A DNA stretch of 38,732 bases, from NCBI GenBank assembly GCA_964587375.1, contig CAZPLE010000113.1, positions 1-38,732 on the forward strand. Reading direction: 5' to 3'. The stretch's first letter is position 1; each line of letters begins with the position of its first letter. This stretch comes from an uncultured bacterium (lineage in GTDB: Bacteria; Ratteibacteria; UBA8468; MWAK01). Positions 9,500 through 16,185 of this stretch are shown here, piece by piece. The notes under the pieces are model-generated. The model was given only the letters and a program-made list of their open reading frames with translations, did not search any database and was not told where the DNA came from. A program made the position numbers and the translations under genes.

Positions 9500-10411
9500 A
9501 TGGAAAGATTGGTAAGAGTAGTGGTTGGCATTGACGTAGAGACCGATGTAGGTAGTTGGACACCTTACTACCGGGGAGTGGAAGAAGGTCTCCCTAAGCT
9601 TCTGGAAATCTTTGCCCGTCAAAAGGTAAAGGCTACTTTTTTCTTTACCGGAGAGGCAGCGGCAAGATTTCCAGAGAAAAGCAGAGAAGTTATCAAAGCG
9701 GGCCACGAGGTCGGTTGCCACTCCCTTTACCACGAGACAGTGGGTGACCAACTCTTTCCTATCCCAGGGATAAAACCTCTTCTGCCGGAAGAGGTGCCCT
9801 TGAGATTGAAAAGAGCTACCGAAATGGTAGCAGAAGCAGCAGGGACCAGACCGGTCTCTTTCCGGGCACCCAGGCTCTGGGGTAGTACTGTAATGGTTAA
9901 TGCGCTGGAAGACCTCGGTTATGTCGTAGACGCCACCTATCCCCTCTACTACTACCGAAAAAGGCTCTTCCCCTACCACCCCAGCCGAAAAAACTGGCTG
10001 GAGGAAGGCGAAAGTCGTCTTCTGGAAATACCGGTCTTTGCTGACATCACCCAAGAAAGTACCGATCCTTACGGAAGAGATTTGGATCAGTGGCCGGTTT
10101 TTCGGACGAAAGGAGCGGCAGCGCTATTGAAGATGGTCAACAACTTTTTGGGTTATCTGAAAACCCTGGATAACGAAAAATTGAAAGGTAAGATTCCGGT
10201 GCTCTGTTTCTACTTCCATCCCTGGGAGTTCATTTCCCTCCCTAAAAGATATCATTACGGTGAAGGGACCGTCTTGCCTGACCCTTTTACTATCAAGGAT
10301 TGCGGAAAAAAGGCTTGTTATGAACTGGAGGATTTTATCCTGCGTCTTAAAAGGGGATATCGGGTAAACTTTTTGAGCGCCAAAGAACTGGCAGAAAAGT
10401 ATAAGAAATGA
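9500..10411 (+). CDS. Polysaccharide deacetylase (CE4 / NodB-homology) family protein, cytoplasmic
   Basis: NodB-type motifs are present: GIDVETD, HEVGCHSLYHE (H-S-x-x-H) and RAPRLWG. No signal peptide. Confidence 0.8.
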   Translation: MERLVRVVVGIDVETDVGSWTPYYRGVEEGLPKLLEIFARQKVKATFFFTGEAAARFPEKSREVIKAGHEVGCHSLYHETVGDQLFPIPGIKPLLPEEVPLRLKRATEMVAEAAGTRPVSFRAPRLWGSTVMVNALEDLGYVVDATYPLYYYRKRLFPYHPSRKNWLEEGESRLLEIPVFADITQESTDPYGRDLDQWPVFRTKGAAALLKMVNNFLGYLKTLDNEKLKGKIPVLCFYFHPWEFISLPKRYHYGEGTVLPDPFTIKDCGKKACYELEDFILRLKRGYRVNFLSAKELAEKYKK

Positions 10412-10434
10412 TGAAGAATTTAAGATATGGGTTC

Positions 10435-10764
10435 TCAGGGAATACTGGTTGCTTCCTCCAGCCAGGCAAGATAGGGCTGGTAACCAGCAGTAATGGGTAG
10501 GGCAATAATCTCAGGGGTTTGATAGGAATGGAGTTTTTTAACCAAAGCAGCAACCTTTTGAAAATTACTTTCTCTGGTCTTTACTAACAACAAAACCTCC
10601 CGGCTGGTCTCAACCTTTCCCTTCCACCAGAAAAAAGAGTCTATTCCCTTAACCAGATTGATGCAGCCAGCCAATCTTTGAAAAAGGAGTGCCTCCTTAA
10701 TTCTTAAAGCCTCCTTCTGCGAGGAAGCAGAGATTAACACAACGATATACCCGGTCTTTTTCAT
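10435..10764 (-). CDS. cutA: Divalent-cation tolerance protein CutA
   Basis: 109 aa with the typical CutA1 pattern (CINLVKGIDSFFWWKGKVETSREVLLLVKT...HSYQTPEIIALPI). Confidence 0.85.
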   Translation of the reverse strand: MKKTGYIVVLISASSQKEALRIKEALLFQRLAGCINLVKGIDSFFWWKGKVETSREVLLLVKTRESNFQKVAALVKKLHSYQTPEIIALPITAGYQPYLAWLEEATSIP

Positions 10765-10962
10765 TCAATGTTTAGAAAATAGGAGGAGAAATAGGGTTAA
10801 AACCAAACTCAAAATCAGAGAAGTGGTTAGCGGAAAGAAAAAGTGGAAATTGCCGCGGTGGTAAGAAAAATCTCCAGGGAGTCTCCCCAGAGGAACTTTA
10901 TAATTGAGAAGAAGGCCAATGAAAATGAGTGATATTCCAACTGCGATCAATAACCTTGCCAT
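10765..10962 (-). CDS. DUF2905-family small membrane protein
   Basis: 65 aa with two hydrophobic helices flanking LGRLPGDFSYHRGNFHFFFPL, as I recall for DUF2905. It abuts the cutA start directly. Confidence 0.65.
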   Translation of the reverse strand: MARLLIAVGISLIFIGLLLNYKVPLGRLPGDFSYHRGNFHFFFPLTTSLILSLVLTLFLLLFSKH

Positions 10963-11003
10963 CGTCTGTAGATTCCTTGGAAGGAAGATAATTTATTTTA
11001 TTT

Positions 11004-11627
11004 CTAAAGTTTCACCTGGATGGAATCCAAAGCGGTGCGAAACCCAGTTTCATAGCCGGCGAAATCTCTGACTGGAGCCTGACAGATAACCTGAATAATC
11101 TCCCCTTTTCTGATAAAATAGGTTTCTATAGATTTAAAACTTTCTGTCTCCAGCACCAGTTCCACTGCGTCCAAGCTGGAAATCTTTCGTTCTCTTCTAC
11201 TTAAGACCCTGGTTTTTGGAAAATCTTCCGCTTCCTGTAAAAGCCGCACCTCTTCCTCTTCTGTCATGGAAAATACCTTCGGCGCAATCTTTGCCAGTCC
11301 TTTTCCCATACTGAACCAAAGGGATTCAATCTTTTCCAACTGTTGGAGTGATTCATCAACGTATTGAGTAAGGGGCTTACCGCCGGAAGGAAAGTCATAA
11401 ACAGAGATAAAGACCTCATCATTATCCGAAGATTCAAAAAAGTATCGGCCATTTTTAACCATTTTGAAACCGCCTGCCAGTTCGGGTTCACCCTGTTTCC
11501 ATCCCTTAGGCGGCTGGATAGAAAAACCCAACTCTTTGATAGCAAATCGGCTCCTACCACAACCGGAGAGAACGGCTAACGAAAAAGAGAGGAGAAGAAT
11601 TACACACCTTAGAAAAAGTTTGCTCAT
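11004..11627 (-). CDS. Lipoprotein of unknown function (possibly a DcrB/PsbP-like fold)
   Basis: Signal peptide with lipobox LSGC (MSKLFLRCVILLLSFSLAVLSGCG). The track ORF extends to 11663, but the M at 11627 gives a proper signal peptide. The fold assignment is a guess. Confidence 0.55.
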   Translation of the reverse strand: MSKLFLRCVILLLSFSLAVLSGCGRSRFAIKELGFSIQPPKGWKQGEPELAGGFKMVKNGRYFFESSDNDEVFISVYDFPSGGKPLTQYVDESLQQLEKIESLWFSMGKGLAKIAPKVFSMTEEEEVRLLQEAEDFPKTRVLSRRERKISSLDAVELVLETESFKSIETYFIRKGEIIQVICQAPVRDFAGYETGFRTALDSIQVKL

Positions 11628-11701
11628 CTTTTTCTCTTTCGCACCTGAAAAACTATTCTCCAAACAGAGAAATAAATTTTGTGGTTGTTTCTTTCAAAGA
11701 G

Positions 11702-12280
11702 TTAAAAGTTTTCGGCCAGGACCTCGTAGAATCCCTGGGGGTGCCTACATGCCGGACATTCCTTTGGCGCCTCGGTCCCCTCAAAGATATAACCGCAGTT
11801 GCGACAGTGCCACTTCACCACCTTTGGTTTTTGGAAAACCTCGTTCTTTTCTACGTTTTCAATCAATTTTCGGTATCGTTGCTCGTGGAATTTCTCCACC
11901 TTCGCTATCTGGTCAAACGAATTGGCTATTTCCGGAAACCCTTCCTCTCTGGCTACCCGGGCGAAATCGGAATAAAGGGTTGTCCACTCCAAATTTTCAC
12001 CGTCAGCCGCGGCTTCTAAGTTTTGCCGGGTGTTGCCGATGACGCCTGCTGGGTAGCCTGCGGTAATCGTTACCTCTCCGCCCTCAAGATACTTGAAGAA
12101 GACCTTGGCATGTTCTTTTTCATTATCAGCCGTTTCCAGGAAGATCCCAGAGATCTGTTCGTATCCTTCTTTCCGCGCTACACTGGCAAAGTAAGTATAC
12201 CTATTCCTCGCCTGAGACTCTCCGGCAAAAGATTTCAAAAGATTCTTTTCTGTTTCCGTTCCCCTCACTGATTTAGTCAT
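11702..12280 (-). CDS. rbr: Rubrerythrin
   Basis: A ferritin-like diiron domain ([20 protein letters not shown]) is followed by a C-terminal rubredoxin CxxC...CxxC (CRNCGY...CPACRHP). The ATG at 12280 is preceded by AGGAGGGAAG. The longer track ORF to 12349 has no SD. Confidence 0.9.
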   Translation of the reverse strand: MTKSVRGTETEKNLLKSFAGESQARNRYTYFASVARKEGYEQISGIFLETADNEKEHAKVFFKYLEGGEVTITAGYPAGVIGNTRQNLEAAADGENLEWTTLYSDFARVAREEGFPEIANSFDQIAKVEKFHEQRYRKLIENVEKNEVFQKPKVVKWHCRNCGYIFEGTEAPKECPACRHPQGFYEVLAENF

Positions 12281-12319
12281 CTTCCCTCCTGATAATCTCT
12301 TTGGACGCAAACCTGGCAT

Positions 12320-12349
12320 ATCATAGCATAAAATCTGACCAGGTTGCAA
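12320..12349 (-). promoter_or_regulatory. Candidate sigma70-type promoter for rubrerythrin
   Basis: The minus strand reads TTGCAA (12349-12344), an 18-nt spacer, then TATGAT (12325-12320), about 40 nt upstream of the rbr ATG. Sequence match only. Confidence 0.35.
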
Positions 12350-12379
12350 ATTTCCTTAACCCTATCCTTTGCGAAAATT

Positions 12380-12408
12380 TTGCGTTAAATTCTGCTGGAG
12401 AGTATAAT
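12380..12408 (+). promoter_or_regulatory. Candidate sigma70-type promoter for trpS, predicting a near-leaderless mRNA
   Basis: TTGCGT (12380-12385), a 17-nt spacer, then TATAAT (12403-12408). The trpS ATG at 12419 is only 10 nt past the -10 hexamer, and there is no SD in between. Confidence 0.5.
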
Positions 12409-12418
12409 ATTTTAGTTT

Positions 12419-13402
12419 ATGAAAAGAGTCTTCAGTGGAATGCGGCCTACCGGTAAATTACATCTGGGCCATTTAGCCGGAGCGCTCTTTAACTGGGTTC
12501 AACTCCAGGACAAATATGAGTGCTTCTATGAGGTGGCTGACCTCCATGCCCTGACGACGGAATTCCAGAACCCCTCCGGCATCAAAGAAAGTATTGACGA
12601 GATGCTCCTTGATTTCTTCGCCTTCGGGATTGACCCCAAAAAAGCGACTGTTTTTATCCAGTCCAAGGTCCCGGAGATTGCGGAATTGCATCTTTTGTTA
12701 TCCATGGTCACGCCCCTGGGCTGGTTGGAGCGGTGCCCGACGTATAAGGAGCAACTTTCCCAGTTGTCAGACCGTGAGGTTACCAATTATGGGTTCCTGG
12801 GGTATCCGGTCCTTCAGACAGCAGATATCATCTCCTTTAAGGCTGAGGGTGTGCCGGTGGGCGAGGACCAGATTCCTCACCTGGAACTGGCTCGGGAGAT
12901 CGTCCGACGCTTCAACCATCTTTATGGCTATCTCTTTCCGGAGCCAGAGGTCATTCTAACACCGACGCCAAAAGTGATGGGAACAGATGGTCGCAAAATG
13001 AGTAAGTCTTATGGAAACGCAATATATCTCTCTGACTCTCCAGAGGAGATAAGAAAAAAAGTAGCAGTAATGTTTACCGACCCTCTCCGGCCCTACCGGA
13101 GCAACCCTGGCCATCCGGATAACTGTCCAGTCTTTGGCATCCATTTGATATACAACCAAGGAGACACTCAAAAGATTAAAGAGGAGTGTCAGTCAGCAGC
13201 ACTTGGTTGCACGGAGTGTAAAAAAAGTCTTGCCGAAATTTTGATCAGTTATCTGGCGCCTTATCAGAATGAACGCATCCATCTGAAGCGGAACTATGGA
13301 GAAATTGTTCGCCTTGTGGAGAAAGGCAACGAAAAGGGCCGTGAGATAACCAGCAGCGTCCTTTCGGAAGCGAAGCGAAGTATGGGACTGTATGGATATT
13401 GA
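12419..13402 (+). CDS. trpS: Tryptophan--tRNA ligase
   Basis: Class I signatures are present: the HIGH-type motif GKLHLGHL and KMSKS. Length and overall pattern match bacterial TrpRS. Confidence 0.95.
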   Translation: MKRVFSGMRPTGKLHLGHLAGALFNWVQLQDKYECFYEVADLHALTTEFQNPSGIKESIDEMLLDFFAFGIDPKKATVFIQSKVPEIAELHLLLSMVTPLGWLERCPTYKEQLSQLSDREVTNYGFLGYPVLQTADIISFKAEGVPVGEDQIPHLELAREIVRRFNHLYGYLFPEPEVILTPTPKVMGTDGRKMSKSYGNAIYLSDSPEEIRKKVAVMFTDPLRPYRSNPGHPDNCPVFGIHLIYNQGDTQKIKEECQSAALGCTECKKSLAEILISYLAPYQNERIHLKRNYGEIVRLVEKGNEKGREITSSVLSEAKRSMGLYGY

Positions 13403-14492
13403 AAATTTGGTAAGGCCAGAAATAAAAAAAATCTCACCTTATCGACCGGGCAAGCCACTGGGAACGGTTCTGAAGGAGAAAGGGATAGAGCGAGCATTTA
13501 AACTGGCTTCTAATGAAAATCCCTTAGGACCCTCACCTCTGGGTATTAAAGCTGCTAAAGAAGCGCTTCGGGAGGTCAACCGGTATCCTGAGGGCAGTGG
13601 CCAGCATTTACGCCAGAAACTGGCAGAATTTTATGGTGTGAAATTAGAAGAGGTCATCCTGGGCAGTGGAAGTAGTGAAATACTTTCGCTTTCCCTGCTC
13701 ACATTCCTGAAAACGGGTGAAGAAGTGATTATTCCGGAACTAACCTTTTTGATATACCAAATCCTTATTCTGATGTGCGGCGGTATTCCGGTTAAAGTAC
13801 CGCTCAAAGATGACTTTGGCTACAACCCGGAGGCAATATTAGATGCGGTCTCTTCAAAAACAAGGTTTCTCTTTTTGGGAAGTCCCAATAACCCTACCGG
13901 CACGATTATTAAAAAAGATGAATTACACGTTCTATTTTCCAAATTACCGGAAACGGTTATCGTGGTTATAGATGAGGCTTATGCCGAATACGTGGAAAGC
14001 GAAGATTACATAAGTGGTCTTACCTTCTTTCGGAAGAGACCTTTGATAGTAACCCGCACTTTCTCCAAGATCTACGGATTGGCAGGTCTGCGTATCGGTT
14101 ACGGCATCGCCGATAAAAGCATAATTGCGGAAATGAATAGAATCAGACCACCATTTAATACTACTGGACCCGCGCAAGCAGCTGCGGCGGCGGCTCTTGA
14201 CGATCGGGAATTTATAGAGCGTAGTCTGGAAAACAATCGCCTGGGTAAAGAATATCTCTACCGGAATCTTTCGGAACTTTCCCTCTCCTTTGTTCCTACC
14301 CAGGCCAATTTTATTCTGATTGACCTGGGTGGCAGGGCACCAGAAGTCTGCGCTCAATTAGAAGAGAGCGGTATCATTGTAAGGCCGGTTGACAATCCGG
14401 GACTTCAAGAACGTTACATCCGCCTTACGATAGGAACTCCAGAAGAAAATGAGCTCTTCATCCACGCTCTGCGCCGAATCCTCAAAGGATAA
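13392..14492 (+). CDS. hisC: Histidinol-phosphate aminotransferase
   Basis: The N-terminus I..YRPGKP, LASNENPLGPSP and the PLP-lysine context TFSKIYGLAGLRIGY are all present. It overlaps trpS by 11 nt. Confidence 0.9.
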   Translation: MDIENLVRPEIKKISPYRPGKPLGTVLKEKGIERAFKLASNENPLGPSPLGIKAAKEALREVNRYPEGSGQHLRQKLAEFYGVKLEEVILGSGSSEILSLSLLTFLKTGEEVIIPELTFLIYQILILMCGGIPVKVPLKDDFGYNPEAILDAVSSKTRFLFLGSPNNPTGTIIKKDELHVLFSKLPETVIVVIDEAYAEYVESEDYISGLTFFRKRPLIVTRTFSKIYGLAGLRIGYGIADKSIIAEMNRIRPPFNTTGPAQAAAAAALDDREFIERSLENNRLGKEYLYRNLSELSLSFVPTQANFILIDLGGRAPEVCAQLEESGIIVRPVDNPGLQERYIRLTIGTPEENELFIHALRRILKG

Positions 14493-14494
14493 AT

Positions 14495-15295
14495 ATGTCC
14501 GAAACATTTTTGGAATTCACCTGGTTTGACCTTCTTGATATCACTCTTCTCTCTATCCTCTTTTATTACCTTTTTCTCATCATTCGGGGGACCAAAGGTG
14601 TTCAGCTATTAAAAGGTTTGATCATCGTCTTCTTGGCTACCTTTTTAGCGCGGCTCCTGGGTTTTCGTACCCTCAATTGGTTTCTGGAAAAGGTTCTGGC
14701 CTTTGGTGCTCTTGCCATCTTAATTATCTTTCAGCCAGAATTCAGAAACGCCCTGGTAAGGCTTGGGGAAGGTGGCTTTTTCAGCGGGAAAGAGGGGCTG
14801 AGCAAAGAGAAGATAGACCAGATCATCCAGGCAGCATTCAAACTGGCAAAAGAACGGCACGGTGCATTGATCGCCCTTGAGGTTAAAGTTGGGCTTGGCG
14901 ATTATCTTGCCACCGGAAAGACGCTTGACGCAGAAATAAGCAAGGAACTGCTGATTACCCTCTTCAACCCTGGAAGCCTTTTACACGATGGTGCGGTCAT
15001 CATCTCCCGGAATAAAATCTCTGGTGCAGGTTGTATCCTTCCCCTCTCAGAAAGACCTAACTTTGACCCCAGACTTGGTACCAGGCACCGGGCTGCCCTG
15101 GGGCTTTCAGAACAGACCGATAGTCTGGTCCTGGTGGTCTCTGAAGAGAAAGGGTCTGTTGGCCTGGCCAGAAACGGAATCCTTTATCCTGACCTTTCGC
15201 CCGAGCGTCTCTCAGAGATTATCGGCAATACATTTGGTATTATCAAAAAGAGTGAAGATGAACAAAAAACGGATAAAAAGGTTGATAAAGAATAA
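14495..15295 (+). CDS. cdaA: Diadenylate cyclase CdaA (membrane-bound DAC domain)
   Basis: Three N-terminal TM helices precede DAC motifs (HDGAVII, GTRHRAALGLSEQTDSLVLVVSEEKG). Confidence 0.9.
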   Translation: MSETFLEFTWFDLLDITLLSILFYYLFLIIRGTKGVQLLKGLIIVFLATFLARLLGFRTLNWFLEKVLAFGALAILIIFQPEFRNALVRLGEGGFFSGKEGLSKEKIDQIIQAAFKLAKERHGALIALEVKVGLGDYLATGKTLDAEISKELLITLFNPGSLLHDGAVIISRNKISGAGCILPLSERPNFDPRLGTRHRAALGLSEQTDSLVLVVSEEKGSVGLARNGILYPDLSPERLSEIIGNTFGIIKKSEDEQKTDKKVDKE

Positions 15296-15413
15296 TCTGG
15301 AACTTAAAATTCTGGCCCTGGTGGTGGCTATCTTTGTCTGGCTCTATGTTTACCACATTGAGGTCCACTTGCCACAATTCAGAAATATTTCCACCAGCCA
15401 GAGAATAAGATAG
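15258..15413 (+). CDS. 51-aa CdaR/YbbR-like N-terminal transmembrane remnant (mini-ORF or gene relic)
   Basis: The ATG at 15258 overlaps the cdaA 3' end. MNKKRIKRLIKNNLELKILALVVAIFVWLYVY resembles the N-terminal anchor of CdaR at its usual position after cdaA. No YbbR domains follow: a stop at 15411-15413 is followed almost directly by pdxJ. Confidence 0.45.
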   Translation: MNKKRIKRLIKNNLELKILALVVAIFVWLYVYHIEVHLPQFRNISTSQRIR

Positions 15414-15452
15414 ACTTACAGGAAGCGGGAAAACCCAGTGGGGGTGAAGGAT

Positions 15453-16163
15453 ATGAAATTAGGAATCAATGTTGACCATGTCGCTACGCTGAGACAGCAA
15501 AGACGAGGTAAAGAGCCTGACCCGGTAGTGGCAGCTCTAATTGCAGAGGAGGCTGGTGCCGATAGCATCGTCTGTCATCTCCGGGAGGACCGGCGGCATA
15601 TTCAGGACCAGGACGTCACTATTTTAAGAAAGAAGATAAAGACAAAATTGAATCTGGAAATGGCTACCAGTCCCGAAATAATTACCGTTGCTCTCAAAGA
15701 AAAGCCTGACTGGGTTACCTTAGTTCCGGAAAGGAGAGCAGAACTGACTACCGAGGGGGGGCTGGAGGTAGTCGGACAGATGGGCTATTTAAGAGGCGTG
15801 GTAGATACTTTTAAGAAAGCCGGCATTCCGGTCAGCCTCTTTATAGACGCTGAGCCATCACAGATAAAAGCCTCTGGAGAACTTGGCGTCTGGGCAGTAG
15901 AACTGCACACTGGAAGATACGCTGATGCCCAAAATGAAGAGATAAAAAAATCTGAACTGAGAAAGATTATCCAGGGAGCCAAACTGGCAAAAGGATTGGG
16001 GTTAAAGGTTGCCGCTGGCCATGGCCTTGACTATCAAAATGTCGTGCCCATTGCCCGGATACCGGAGATTGAGGAATTAAATATCGGCTACGCTATTGTT
16101 AGCCGGGCGCTCTTTATCGGCTTGGAAGCAGCGGTCAAAGAAATGTTAAAATTAATCCGATAG
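15453..16163 (+). CDS. pdxJ: Pyridoxine 5'-phosphate synthase
   Basis: [17 protein letters not shown]..., HLREDRRHI and the length (236 aa) fit PdxJ. The ATG at 15453 is preferred over the GTG at 15438. Confidence 0.92.
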   Translation: MKLGINVDHVATLRQQRRGKEPDPVVAALIAEEAGADSIVCHLREDRRHIQDQDVTILRKKIKTKLNLEMATSPEIITVALKEKPDWVTLVPERRAELTTEGGLEVVGQMGYLRGVVDTFKKAGIPVSLFIDAEPSQIKASGELGVWAVELHTGRYADAQNEEIKKSELRKIIQGAKLAKGLGLKVAAGHGLDYQNVVPIARIPEIEELNIGYAIVSRALFIGLEAAVKEMLKLIR

Positions 16164-16185
16164 TCCCATTTTAAGGAGATCTATT

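Noticed and set aside
9482-10054. A 190-aa minus-strand ORF overlapping the CE4 deacetylase gene. Similar antisense ORFs occur at 34222-34728 and 37721-38188.
   Set aside because: All lie fully inside well-supported genes on the opposite strand. They have no motifs and no ribosome-binding sites, so I treat them as spurious.
11464-12042. A 192-aa ORF on the + strand, with a nested 112-aa ORF at 11681-12019, opposite the rubrerythrin and lipoprotein genes.
   Set aside because: It is antisense to a confidently identified rubrerythrin. The translation is Pro/Arg/Ser-rich and low in complexity, as expected for the reverse frame of a real gene. It has no SD and no recognisable motif.
12281-12349. 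A 23-codon N-terminal extension of rubrerythrin. The analogous TTG-initiated extension of the large GH lies at 823-864.
   Set aside because: The internal ATGs fit the family N-termini better. The rubrerythrin internal ATG also has a perfect AGGAGG.
14988-15257. The N-terminal 90 codons of the 141-aa track ORF that overlaps cdaA.
   Set aside because: This part lies inside cdaA in an alternative frame and has no similarity to anything I recognise. Only the last 51 codons, from the ATG at 15258, look CdaR-like.
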